A stretch of DNA of 64,000 nt from Calditrichaceae bacterium (GTDB lineage Bacteria; Calditrichota; Calditrichia; Calditrichales; JBFXGD01): positions 160,001 through 224,000 of the forward strand of contig JBFXLE010000001.1 in NCBI GenBank assembly GCA_050173015.1. The letters run 5' to 3'. A program made the position numbers and the translations under genes. Below, one piece after another: positions 19,602 to 29,461 of the stretch. The notes under the pieces are model-generated. The model was not told where the DNA came from. It saw nothing but the letters and a program-made list of their open reading frames with translations, and searched no databases. Each line of letters begins with the position of its first letter. Positions within the stretch are counted from its first letter, which is position 1.

Positions 19602-20389
19602 AGAAATCTGATTATCATATTCATACCAAATTATGTAAACACGCAGAAGGTGAAATGGAGGCTTATGTTGAGCGGGCCATTGAAAAGGGGCTGGGTGAAA
19701 TTGCTTTTACGGACCACATACCCCTGCCGGATCAATTCGACATCGCGCATCGCATGGAGCTTCATGAACTTGATGGGTATCTCGAAAAAATTTTTAAATT
19801 AAAAAAACAGTATCCGGATATCAACATTAAAGCGGGAATTGAGGCGGACTATTACGAAGGATTTGAACCATTTCTCGACAAACTATTATCATCCCGGCCG
19901 TTCGACATTGTAATTATGTCCGTTCATTTTATAAAGGGATGGGACAACGGGAACTGGGCGTTTAAATATGATTTTCCGGGAAAAAGTATTAAGCAAATCT
20001 ATTCAGAATATCTGAGTGCCGTGATGAAAGGTATTAAAACAGGGCTGTTTAATGTAGTAGGCCATCTGGATTTGATCAAATCATTTGGACATCCTTTGCT
20101 TGAGACAAATACAAATGAAGTTGAAATGATTTTTAAACTTGTAAATAAGATGAATATGGCGGTTGAACTGAACACATCGGGTCTGCGGAAAAAAATCGGA
20201 GAAGTCTATCCCAATCTCTCCTTTATTCCTCTCCTGGAGGCCAATAATATTCCTGTTACCCTGGGGTCTGATGCGCATAAGCCGGAAGATACGGGATTTT
20301 ATTTTGATGAGATCCTTGTTAAACTTTCTGAATTCCGGAATATCAGATTTGCGTCCTTTGATAAGAGAAAAATGTTCACGAATAAATAA
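19598..20389 (+). CDS. PHP-family histidinol-phosphatase (HisJ type)
   Basis: DYHIHT, FTDH, GHLD, GSDAH. Confidence 0.88.
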   Translation: MKKSDYHIHTKLCKHAEGEMEAYVERAIEKGLGEIAFTDHIPLPDQFDIAHRMELHELDGYLEKIFKLKKQYPDINIKAGIEADYYEGFEPFLDKLLSSRPFDIVIMSVHFIKGWDNGNWAFKYDFPGKSIKQIYSEYLSAVMKGIKTGLFNVVGHLDLIKSFGHPLLETNTNEVEMIFKLVNKMNMAVELNTSGLRKKIGEVYPNLSFIPLLEANNIPVTLGSDAHKPEDTGFYFDEILVKLSEFRNIRFASFDKRKMFTNK

Positions 20390-20412
20390 TCATAAAGATG
20401 TAAGGGAGTAAA

Positions 20413-20829
20413 ATGAGTTCATTATGGACAAAAGTAAACAGGAATATTCCTGAGATACTTAAGCGCTACCGTCATATAGCTGTGATCGGGCTCTCCAATA
20501 AAACCCACCGCCCAAGCTACCAGGTTTCAGAATATATGAAGGCGAATGGGTACACCATTTATCCCGTGAATCCGAACTGTGATGAAGTTCTGGGTATAAA
20601 ATGTGTGGGAAGTCTAAAAGAAATTGAACAAAAAATAGAGATTGTCGATATTTTCCGCCGTTCGGAAGAAGTATTACCCATAGTGGAAGAAGCGATCGCT
20701 ATAAATGCCCGTGTAATCTGGATGCAGCTTGGGGTGATCAATGAAGATGCTGCCCAAATGGCTCTGGATGCCGGACTTGATGTTGTCATGGATCGTTGTA
20801 TCAAGATCGAGTATGGCGCCAATGATTAG
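20413..20829 (+). CDS. CoA-binding protein (YccU-like)
   Basis: IAVIGLS, YPVNP, VDIFRRSE, WMQLG, VVMDRC. Confidence 0.92.
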   Translation: MSSLWTKVNRNIPEILKRYRHIAVIGLSNKTHRPSYQVSEYMKANGYTIYPVNPNCDEVLGIKCVGSLKEIEQKIEIVDIFRRSEEVLPIVEEAIAINARVIWMQLGVINEDAAQMALDAGLDVVMDRCIKIEYGAND

Positions 20830-20877
20830 GTCATCGCTTTTTACCTCCTTTTATGAAATTAACTCCCGTCCTTGATT

Positions 20878-20915
20878 AACCGGAGCCCGGGAACGGGAAG
20901 CCGTCCGGTTTTTTT
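20878..20915 (+). terminator. Intrinsic terminator-like hairpin
   Basis: AACCGGA...TCCGGTT followed by a T run. Confidence 0.55.
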
Positions 20916-21007
20916 GAATATTTTAACTGAACTTAGCAGGAATATTTATTCCGCCTCCTGATTTATAACTATCATATCATCATGACAAAAAGAGGGAAGA
21001 ACCAATT

Positions 21008-23020
21008 ATGCGTTATTTAACGGTCCTTGTCCTGGTTTTTTTAATGCAACAGGAAGTGTTATCGCAAATGACATCCATTCAAAATATAGAAGAAGTTGAA
21101 AAACAGGTATATAATAAAATTTTAGAGGTCAGGCAGAAGCAAAACATTCATGCGCCCGATTTTCCTAAAGGATTTATCTGGCTCAATGCCGGACGAGATC
21201 TTTCTCTTGAAGAATTAAGGGGGAAAATAGTACTGCTTGATTTCTGGACTTATTGCTGTATAAACTGCATGCATATTATTCCGGAATTAAAATATCTGGA
21301 GGATAAATACGCGGATGAGCCATTCGTCGTGATCGGTGTCCATTCCGCTAAATTTGAGAATGAAAAGGATGATTTCAATATCCGTCAGGCAATCATGAGA
21401 TATAAGGTGGAACATCCGGTCATTGTTGATCAGGATTTTGAGATTTGGCAATCCTATGGGGCGCGGGGATGGCCGACTCTGGTGCTGATAGATCCGGAAG
21501 GATATGTTATCGCTCACACTTCCGGAGAAGGTCAGCGGGATATACTCGATATTTATATTCAACAGGCGCTTAAAATTTATGGCCCAAAAAATATACTAAA
21601 CCGCGCGCCGCTTAATCTTCAAAAAGAAACGCCGGTTGTAACGGATTCTCCGCTTCTTTACCCCGGAAAAATTGTCACCGATCCGGCGGAAGAAAAACTT
21701 TATATCGCAGACTCGAATCATAACCGGATTATCGTGTCTGACCTGAATGGTCAGATAATTGATGTAATAGGCAATGGAGAGGTGGGACTGGCCGATGGTG
21801 ATTTTGAGCGCGCAAGATTTAATCAGCCGCAGGGACTGGCCTTTTTTGATAATAAACTTTTAGTAGCGGATACAGAAAATCATGCTATCCGGTTAGCGGA
21901 TTTTAATGACCGTACGGTTAAAACCATTGCCGGAACCGGATTTCAAAGCAGAACACGCGTTGACAAGGGTCCGGGTCTTAAAACAGCATTAAATTCACCC
22001 TGGGATATCCTGGTTGTCGGGGAATACGCCTATATTGCCATGGCCGGACCTCATCAGATCTGGCGGATGAATTTGAATAATAATGTGGTTGAGCGCTACG
22101 CGGGAAACGGCCGGGAGGGACGGGGAGACGGCGAACGGCTAAAAGAAGCGTATTTTGCCCAGCCCAGCGGGATTACCTATGACGGGAGATACTTATATGT
22201 CGCCGATTCGGAGATCAGTTCAATCCGCCGTCTTGATTTAAAGAACGATGGCCGTGTCCGGACCGTCGCGGGAGGAGATTTATTTGATTTCGGGGATATT
22301 GACGGGAAGGGAGATCAGGTGCGGCTCCAGCATCCTCTTGGCGTGTATCGCCATGAAGATAAAATATATATCGCTGATACCTACAATCATAAACTCAAGT
22401 ATTATCATCTAAAAACAGGAAGAGTTGAAAGTTGGGCGGGAAGCGGCGTTCGCGGAAAGGTGGATGGCATATCCGCGCGATTTTATGAACCATCGGGAAT
22501 GACTGTTGCAAAGGGCAAGATGTACATCACGGATACGAATAATCACTCAATCCGCGTAGTCGATATTAAGACAAAGGAGACATCCACACTCCGATTTAAA
22601 ATTCAGAAGATAAAAAGAGAAATCACATCACTGGCAATGAAGTCCGCACCGGAAATTGTTTTACCGCTTCAAAAAATCAGGCCATCGGCAAAGGGCTATC
22701 TGAATTTTGAAATTGAACTTCCCGCGGAGCATCATTTTAATGAGGGAACGCCACTGCAGTACCTGATAAAAAGCGCGGATGGTATTCTAAGTTTTGAAGG
22801 ATTGAACCAAATTATTACGGATGATGATCCGAAAAGAAAATTTTCTGTGGAATTTAAGAGTGAAAGCGCGGGTAAAACGGAGATCCGTGCGGAGCTGCTC
22901 TATTATTATTGCAGCGATTTCGACGGAATTTGTAAAATCAAATCGGTTAAATACACGATTCCTGTCCTCATTAGCGCCGATGGCGGGAATAATATCGCTC
23001 TACATGAAGCCGCCGAATGA
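21008..23020 (+). CDS. Thioredoxin-like + NHL-repeat protein (NHLRC2/SOQ1-like)
   Basis: LDFWTYCCINC, GVHSAKF, repeated YIADxxNH NHL units. Confidence 0.9.
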   Translation: MRYLTVLVLVFLMQQEVLSQMTSIQNIEEVEKQVYNKILEVRQKQNIHAPDFPKGFIWLNAGRDLSLEELRGKIVLLDFWTYCCINCMHIIPELKYLEDKYADEPFVVIGVHSAKFENEKDDFNIRQAIMRYKVEHPVIVDQDFEIWQSYGARGWPTLVLIDPEGYVIAHTSGEGQRDILDIYIQQALKIYGPKNILNRAPLNLQKETPVVTDSPLLYPGKIVTDPAEEKLYIADSNHNRIIVSDLNGQIIDVIGNGEVGLADGDFERARFNQPQGLAFFDNKLLVADTENHAIRLADFNDRTVKTIAGTGFQSRTRVDKGPGLKTALNSPWDILVVGEYAYIAMAGPHQIWRMNLNNNVVERYAGNGREGRGDGERLKEAYFAQPSGITYDGRYLYVADSEISSIRRLDLKNDGRVRTVAGGDLFDFGDIDGKGDQVRLQHPLGVYRHEDKIYIADTYNHKLKYYHLKTGRVESWAGSGVRGKVDGISARFYEPSGMTVAKGKMYITDTNNHSIRVVDIKTKETSTLRFKIQKIKREITSLAMKSAPEIVLPLQKIRPSAKGYLNFEIELPAEHHFNEGTPLQYLIKSADGILSFEGLNQIITDDDPKRKFSVEFKSESAGKTEIRAELLYYYCSDFDGICKIKSVKYTIPVLISADGGNNIALHEAAE

Positions 23021-23047
23021 AACGGATAGAAAATACAGAATAATTGC

Positions 23048-23599
23048 TTAAGCGTTTAAACCAAGATTCGAAGCGACCCCGCTGAGCGCGTGGATAACAA
23101 ATTCAACGTGCGCGGTGAACTCGACACCCAATTCTTCCGCACCGCGCGTAATTTCTTCGCGATTCACTTTCGCGGCGAAACTTTTATCCTTTAGTTTTTT
23201 CTTTACCGATTTAAATTGAACTTCACTCAGGGCGCGGCTTGGCCGGACCAAGGTCACCGCCGTTATAAATCCGCATAGTTCATCTACCGCGTATAGAGTT
23301 TTAGCCATTAAAGTTTCTCTTGGGACTCCGCTGAAATCGGCATGACCCAGGATGGCTGTTCGGATATCCTCAGGAATATTTTTCTCACTAAGTATTTCCG
23401 AACCTTTACGCGGATGTTCATCAGGGTATTTTTCGTAGTCAAAGTCATGCAATAGTCCCACTATACCCCATTTTTCAACATCCTCGTTAAATTTTTCAGC
23501 ATAGGCGCGCATGGCCGCCTCAACAGCGTAGGCGTGTTTTAATAAGCTGTCAGTTTTAGTGTATTCTTTCAGAATATTTAATGCTTCCTGACGATCCAT
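23048..23599 (-). CDS. HD-domain (HDIG) hydrolase
   Basis: LLKH, GLLHDFDYE, AVDEL, KDKSFAA. Confidence 0.88.
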   Translation of the reverse strand: MDRQEALNILKEYTKTDSLLKHAYAVEAAMRAYAEKFNEDVEKWGIVGLLHDFDYEKYPDEHPRKGSEILSEKNIPEDIRTAILGHADFSGVPRETLMAKTLYAVDELCGFITAVTLVRPSRALSEVQFKSVKKKLKDKSFAAKVNREEITRGAEELGVEFTAHVEFVIHALSGVASNLGLNA

Positions 23600-23636
23600 T
23601 TTCTTTTTCCCGTGATAAGTTCCGGTGGTTGTTTGA

Positions 23637-24392
23637 TTATCCGCACATCAGGTGACCGGCGTTTACGCTTAAAACGGCACCTGTAATGGCCCGCGCCAAA
23701 TCGGAGGCCAGAAAAGCGACAGGTCCCGAAAGATCATCCGGTCCGGGGATAAATCCAAGCGGTATTGTAGAGAGGATATGGTCATAATCTTCACGGATGG
23801 CTTCAGCTGACATATCTGTTTCCACCCAGCCGGGAGCAACGCAATTGACGCGTATTTTATCGGGCCCGAGTTCAGATGCCAAAGCTTTGGTAAAACTTAT
23901 AATCGCGCCTTTCGAAGCGGCGTAGTGAGAATGAAAGGCTTCACCGCGCTGACCGGCGGCGGATGATATATTTATAATGCATCCTTTGATTTCATTTTCT
24001 TTCATGTGTTTAACAATATAGTGGGAAAAATAAAATACACTGTCGAGATTAACCTGCATGGTTTTACGCCAGTTCTCAACACTCATTTCTTCAAGTTTAC
24101 CGTATTCCCAAATACCGGCATTATTGACTAGGATATCAATGTGATTGAATTTATCAATAACTTTATTTATAAAACCCTGAACTTCCTGATAATCGCTGAT
24201 ATCACATTCGCTAAAAAAAATTTCGCCTTCAAATTTCTGGCAATCCTTTGATACGGATTCCGCGGCCCGGTAATTTTTATTATAGTTAAAGGCGACATTC
24301 GCTCCCAACGACATAAATAATTTTACAGTGGCGGCTCCTATACCTCTGCTGCCACCCGTAACGATCACATTCTTTCCTTTAAAGTCGAACAT
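23637..24392 (-). CDS. SDR oxidoreductase (FabG-like)
   Basis: TGGSRGIG, NNAG, YAASK. Confidence 0.92.
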   Translation of the reverse strand: MFDFKGKNVIVTGGSRGIGAATVKLFMSLGANVAFNYNKNYRAAESVSKDCQKFEGEIFFSECDISDYQEVQGFINKVIDKFNHIDILVNNAGIWEYGKLEEMSVENWRKTMQVNLDSVFYFSHYIVKHMKENEIKGCIINISSAAGQRGEAFHSHYAASKGAIISFTKALASELGPDKIRVNCVAPGWVETDMSAEAIREDYDHILSTIPLGFIPGPDDLSGPVAFLASDLARAITGAVLSVNAGHLMCG

Positions 24393-24608
24393 TTAAAGCC
24401 TCCTGTCTATAACCGCGATCTATAGTCATTAACACATTTACAATAAATCTTAATTCCGCATAAAAAAAGAAGAACCGAATAAGTAAAAACACATGAAGAA
24501 TAAATCTGCTGAAAATACCTGAGAAATATACTTATAGTTTGTTTAATATGAAAATTTTCTATAATTTATTTTTATAATAACAGTCAAATAAAACTTACGG
24601 AGTGAGGA

Positions 24609-25097
24609 ATGAAAAATTTTTTCTCTTTGATTATAGTATCATTAATGATATTTTCAATTTTTAGCTGCAGTGGTGAAAATAAAGAAGTGAAAGAAGAAAA
24701 ATCACTAAAATCAGAAACAAAGAAGGAAACAATTATGCCAATTTCAATTCCGGATGACGCCATAACCACCAATTCAGGTTTAAAATATGTTGAGATTAAA
24801 GAGGGTGACGGCGCGCAGCCTCAGAAGGGTAATACAGTTGTTGTCCACTATACGGGCTGGCTGCTTGACGGCAAAAAATTTGACAGTTCGGTGGACAGGA
24901 ACCAGAAGTTTGAGTTCGTTTATGGTGTCGGGCAGGTGATCAGGGGCTGGGACGAAGGTCTTTCAACCATGAAAGTCGGCGGGAAACGTAAACTCTTCAT
25001 ACCTTCCGAACTCGGTTATGGACCAAGAGGCGCCGGCGGCGTTATTCCACCAAACGCCACACTGGTCTTTGATGTTGAATTATTTGATATCAAATAA
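24609..25097 (+). CDS. FKBP-type peptidyl-prolyl isomerase, probable lipoprotein
   Basis: VHYTGWL, FDSS, VIRGWDEG, LGYG..GAGGVIPPNATL; IFSC lipobox-like. Confidence 0.95.
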   Translation: MKNFFSLIIVSLMIFSIFSCSGENKEVKEEKSLKSETKKETIMPISIPDDAITTNSGLKYVEIKEGDGAQPQKGNTVVVHYTGWLLDGKKFDSSVDRNQKFEFVYGVGQVIRGWDEGLSTMKVGGKRKLFIPSELGYGPRGAGGVIPPNATLVFDVELFDIK

Positions 25098-25103
25098 AAA
25101 TTG

Positions 25104-25131
25104 GCTCACCGCTTCGGTGAGCTTTTTTTTT
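25104..25131 (+). terminator. Intrinsic terminator between the convergent FKBP and recQ genes
   Basis: GCTCACCG-CTT-CGGTGAGC + T9. Confidence 0.9.
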
Positions 25132-25134
25132 AGT

Positions 25135-27141
25135 TCACTTTTTACCATCGGATTTGAATAAATGACGGTATCCGAGCTCAGTCAGCTCGAGAACGGGGTA
25201 ATTCCCGGCGCTTTTGGCCAAAAAACCTTTCTGCAGAGCTGAATAAATCAATTTAATAATCGTTTTTTCATTCTTTTCCATCAGGGCGCCGAAAAACGGG
25301 CTGCGATCTATCTTTTTATCTCTAAACCGGTCTTCGTCTATACCTTTTAATATACTGCTAAAAGTTGTTACACCGAATTTACCGTCGAACTCCTCGATAC
25401 ACCCCAATATGAGTGAAAAATCATTGTGATCATGTCGTGATTTATCCACGGATTCAGATTCAGGAGACTGCCAGTCGAGACAATAATCACAGCCGCCGCA
25501 CTTATCATTTTGATATTCTTCGCCAAAATAACCAAGAATATATTTTCTGCGGCAATGAAATCCATGGACATAAGATTCCACATCATTGATCCGGTCTAAT
25601 TGCCGGGTTCTTTGTGTATCATAGGCAGCAAAATCGATTGCTATTTTGGACCATGGAGTTTTACTTGACGTTAACTCAATTCCCCGTCCCCGGAATGGAG
25701 GAATATATAATAGTATATTTTTTGAAGCCAGTTCTCTCATGGTGTGGGAAAACTGATCCGCTGTGATATCCAGTTCGCTGAGAGGATCTTGCAATGGTGT
25801 GTAATCATCGCTTCTGTTCGAAAGCCATTCAAGAACCTTTTTTTGAAGTGGAGCTCTCTTTATCTTTTTTGAGGCAGTTTGATAATCCTCCAGTATTTCA
25901 AACCGAAAATGAAGAACTTGCCTGGCCATACGTTTCAGTATTCCATGACGTTCAAATAACAGAACAGCTGAACCGATCTGCAGGTCGTTGCATTTGATTG
26001 CCGACCCGATTTCAGTATATGTCAGCAAAATCTGTTTTTTATCTAAACTGAATAAGTAATCGTATATTTTTTTAAGTACCTCTTCAGAAGGGAAGCCGTT
26101 ATTAATTAAAAACTCCTGAATCTTTCTGTCCTTATAACTATAAAACAGAAGGCAGTATGAAGTCTTGCCGTCTCTTCCGGCCCTGCCGGCTTCCTGGTAA
26201 TACGCTTCCATGGATCCGGGCATATTATAATGGATAACAAACCGCACATCAGCTTTATCAATACCCATTCCGAAGGCGTTGGTGGCAACAATAACGCGGG
26301 TTTGACCGCTTAACCACTGATTCTGAGCTGAATCCCTTGATTTTTTCTCCATTCCTCCGTGATATCCCGCGCATGAGATGTGATTTTCTTTCAACAGGAG
26401 ACTAACTTCCTGTACACCTTTTTTGGTTGAGACATAAACAATTCCTGATCCCTTTACGGACAAAGCGATTCGGATCAATTCGCGTTTTTTCTGGTCTTCG
26501 GACATATCAATAGCAAAATATTTAAGATTCGGACGGTCAAATCCGGTAATGTAAACATGAGGATTCATCAGTCCGAGTTGCGACAAAATATCCTTCTGAA
26601 CATCCACTGTTGCTGTCGCTGTAAGGGCAATTACGGTGGGATTTCCCAGAGACTCGATTACTTTGCGGAGTTTGAGATAAGAAGGTCTGAAATCATGTCC
26701 CCACTGAGAGATACAATGCGCTTCATCAACCGCTACAAGAGAAACTTCAATCTGACTGATAAGCTTGCTGAAAGACGAGACATGAAATCTTTCAGGCGCA
26801 ATATAAATCAGCTTATATTTTCCGTCGCGTACATCCCGGATGCGGGATTCGGTCTCATGGTAACTGAGAGTGCTGTTTATAAATGTCGCTGAGATGGCCA
26901 GTTTCTCAAGACTTTCAACCTGATCCTTCATAAGAGCGATAAGTGGGGAAACAACCAGTGTAACTCCGGGCAGCATCAGCGCGGGAACCTGGTAACACAA
27001 CGATTTACCGCTTCCGGTCGGCATGACCACCAGCGTATCTTTTCGCGATACTACGGAATTAATAATATCTTTTTGCGAAGGACGGAAATCAGAAAAATTA
27101 AAATGTTTTTTCAGAATTTCCCGGGCGTTTTTCAGACTCAT
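25135..27141 (-). CDS. recQ: RecQ-family DNA helicase
   Basis: MPTGSGKSLCYQ, VDEAHCISQWGHDFRP, QEAGRAGRDG, zinc-binding CRR..CGGCDYC, RQC-like end. Confidence 0.93.
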   Translation of the reverse strand: MSLKNAREILKKHFNFSDFRPSQKDIINSVVSRKDTLVVMPTGSGKSLCYQVPALMLPGVTLVVSPLIALMKDQVESLEKLAISATFINSTLSYHETESRIRDVRDGKYKLIYIAPERFHVSSFSKLISQIEVSLVAVDEAHCISQWGHDFRPSYLKLRKVIESLGNPTVIALTATATVDVQKDILSQLGLMNPHVYITGFDRPNLKYFAIDMSEDQKKRELIRIALSVKGSGIVYVSTKKGVQEVSLLLKENHISCAGYHGGMEKKSRDSAQNQWLSGQTRVIVATNAFGMGIDKADVRFVIHYNMPGSMEAYYQEAGRAGRDGKTSYCLLFYSYKDRKIQEFLINNGFPSEEVLKKIYDYLFSLDKKQILLTYTEIGSAIKCNDLQIGSAVLLFERHGILKRMARQVLHFRFEILEDYQTASKKIKRAPLQKKVLEWLSNRSDDYTPLQDPLSELDITADQFSHTMRELASKNILLYIPPFRGRGIELTSSKTPWSKIAIDFAAYDTQRTRQLDRINDVESYVHGFHCRRKYILGYFGEEYQNDKCGGCDYCLDWQSPESESVDKSRHDHNDFSLILGCIEEFDGKFGVTTFSSILKGIDEDRFRDKKIDRSPFFGALMEKNEKTIIKLIYSALQKGFLAKSAGNYPVLELTELGYRHLFKSDGKK

Positions 27142-27181
27142 TCAACAGGCTCAAATATAATAATTGAAAATTCGATTTAGT

Positions 27182-28390
27182 TTAGGCGTTGTCTTTTTCA
27201 ATAGAATCGATCAACATCTCATAAAAATCCGGAATAGCGGAGTTGATCCGGTTCCAGCTCGGAATGGCCGGGAGTTCCATGGGATTGGCCAGGAACTGAT
27301 CCCCCGCGATAATAATGCTTCTTAGAAAAACTTCAATGGATTTTTCTTCCGCGTGCCGGTCATACAGCAGGCCGTTTATAGCGGCATCATGCGAATATTT
27401 TTCGACAAAGTCGAGGGCTGTTCTCAGATAAGTCGCCTTGATGGTCCGGAACAACTGATCAGAAAAAACGACACCCATGCTGGCAAGAACCCGGTAGAAC
27501 GATTTCGCAATGTCTATCGTCATTTTTGCAAGCCCGGAGTTCGGATTGTCTTCCGATAATTTTTGATGTTTATGATCGTATTGATCGGCAATATCCACCT
27601 GGCACATCTGATTCTTGGCGTAATTACGGTAAATTTCATTTAATGTGCCAATTTCGAGCCCCCAATCCGTGGGCAGACGCAGTGTCTGCGCCACATCATT
27701 TAATACAGCGACTTCTCCGGACAGAGGATAACGAAATGAATCAATATAATCAAGGTAATCTATCGGGCCTAATATCCGTTTAAGCGTTCTGATTAAGGGT
27801 GTGATGAATAATCGGGACACCCGTCCGTTAAGACGCTCGGATACACGACTGTAATAGCCTTTGCAAAATCTGAAATTCATGGTTGGTGAAGCCATAGGAA
27901 ATACAAGCCACGCCAGGAGAGAGCGTTCATAGGTTATAATATCGCAATCGTGAATCGCGAAGACCCGGGCGTCCCCGACGGCCAATAGATAGCCAAAGCT
28001 CATCCATACATTTCTCCCTTTCCCTTCATCCCCGGCCGGCAGATTTTGCTCTTTAAGCAGTTTGTAAAGTTCCTGCATTCGTTTTCCGCGGTGCCAGATT
28101 ATCCGGTGTTTCTGCGGGAGGGCAGAAAAAAAAGAATGCGCGTGGTTAAATTCCTTTTCATCGGCGCGATCGAGACCAATCACGATTTCATTCAAATAGG
28201 GGACTTTTTTCAGCTCGTCCACAATCCGGGGAAGAGCAACACCCCGCAGTTCGCTGTACAAAGACGGCAGAACAAGGGCGATGGGGCGTTTTTTGGCAAA
28301 CTGGCAGAGTTTCTCTTCAATTTCCTGAAGAGGGTGATCGGTCAGATGATGCAGCGTGGTAATTGCGCCATTCTGGAAAAAATCCGACAT
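27182..28390 (-). CDS. gpgS: Glucosyl-3-phosphoglycerate synthase-type glycosyltransferase
   Basis: MSDFFQNG.ITTLH, GKGRNVW, HDCDI, RYPLSGE, DWGLEIG, YDHKHQ; paired with a HAD phosphatase. Confidence 0.85.
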   Translation of the reverse strand: MSDFFQNGAITTLHHLTDHPLQEIEEKLCQFAKKRPIALVLPSLYSELRGVALPRIVDELKKVPYLNEIVIGLDRADEKEFNHAHSFFSALPQKHRIIWHRGKRMQELYKLLKEQNLPAGDEGKGRNVWMSFGYLLAVGDARVFAIHDCDIITYERSLLAWLVFPMASPTMNFRFCKGYYSRVSERLNGRVSRLFITPLIRTLKRILGPIDYLDYIDSFRYPLSGEVAVLNDVAQTLRLPTDWGLEIGTLNEIYRNYAKNQMCQVDIADQYDHKHQKLSEDNPNSGLAKMTIDIAKSFYRVLASMGVVFSDQLFRTIKATYLRTALDFVEKYSHDAAINGLLYDRHAEEKSIEVFLRSIIIAGDQFLANPMELPAIPSWNRINSAIPDFYEMLIDSIEKDNA

Positions 28391-28413
28391 GTAAATCTCC
28401 TTTATTTTAGGGA

Positions 28414-29247
28414 TTAGTCATGCGGAGACAATTTTATAAGCTTAATTATGGCCTCATTCCATCCTGCCGGTCCGATGCTGTTTGTCAGAAGCAGATTTTT
28501 ATGATGGATACCGGTTTGGTGAACACCGGTTTTCTTCTTAACCAGCACAGCAAAATCGGTCGCAAGAAGCAATTCGCGATCATTCAGGCTGTCGCCGATA
28601 CCGATCGTCGAAAAAATTTCATCACTATATTGATGACGGTAAAGACTAATTAATTTCTTAACTGCAATACCTTTATCTGTGTTCCCGATCAGGTGATAAA
28701 ATCGATTGCCGCGCAACAGCCGGAATCCACGAGTCCTTGCAAAATCATTGATATCTTCAAGGTTTCCGGGACTCTTTAAAAACACAAAGGGTTCACTGTA
28801 CAAACGGGTTTTAGCCATTTCCGAATCAGCTTTTGAAAAGCCGGTATAATGAGCGATTTCATCCGTTGTCATCTCATGAAAACCTTTCAGGGTCAATCCA
28901 AACCGCTGTTTGATTTTGTCCAAAAACTTGATAATCGATTCATAAGATTTTCCAAGTTCAAGAACATCGTACTCATCATTAAATGATGTTCCTCCTGTTT
29001 CAATATTAAAGTAGTCTTTCCTAAAAAAAACAGCGCTTCCGTTTTCAACAATCAGCGGTCCGGAAAGACCGCATTTTTTAGAGATTTCCAATACTTCCGT
29101 ATAGGTCTTACTCGTACACGGAATGACCGGAATATCCCTGTTTTTAAGATACTGCAGGGATTCCCTGGCAAGGTCAAATGAGTAAGTGTCGACATCCAGA
29201 AGGGTGCCGTCCAAATCTGTAAAAACGAACCAGTAGATATTAGCCAT
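28414..29247 (-). CDS. Mannosyl/glucosyl-3-phosphoglycerate phosphatase (HAD-IIB, YedP-like)
   Basis: FTDLDGTLL, CTSKT, ENG, RLYSEP, GDSLND; start approximate. Confidence 0.88.
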   Translation of the reverse strand: MANIYWFVFTDLDGTLLDVDTYSFDLARESLQYLKNRDIPVIPCTSKTYTEVLEISKKCGLSGPLIVENGSAVFFRKDYFNIETGGTSFNDEYDVLELGKSYESIIKFLDKIKQRFGLTLKGFHEMTTDEIAHYTGFSKADSEMAKTRLYSEPFVFLKSPGNLEDINDFARTRGFRLLRGNRFYHLIGNTDKGIAVKKLISLYRHQYSDEIFSTIGIGDSLNDRELLLATDFAVLVKKKTGVHQTGIHHKNLLLTNSIGPAGWNEAIIKLIKLSPHD

Positions 29248-29461
29248 CCTTATCATGTTACGTGAACTGTTTCCGGTCATCCTGAAGAAATAAATTTTTG
29301 AAAAAGCCGTCTTCCTATTATATTAAAGATACTCCGGTAAATAAAGTGTCAAATAATATATTTTATACTATCTGTTTTAATTAGTCACTGCCTGAACCGA
29401 TTAACCTATTTTGAGCGCAATTCTGTTATCAAGTCATTGAGTTTTGCGCGGAGATGTTTAA

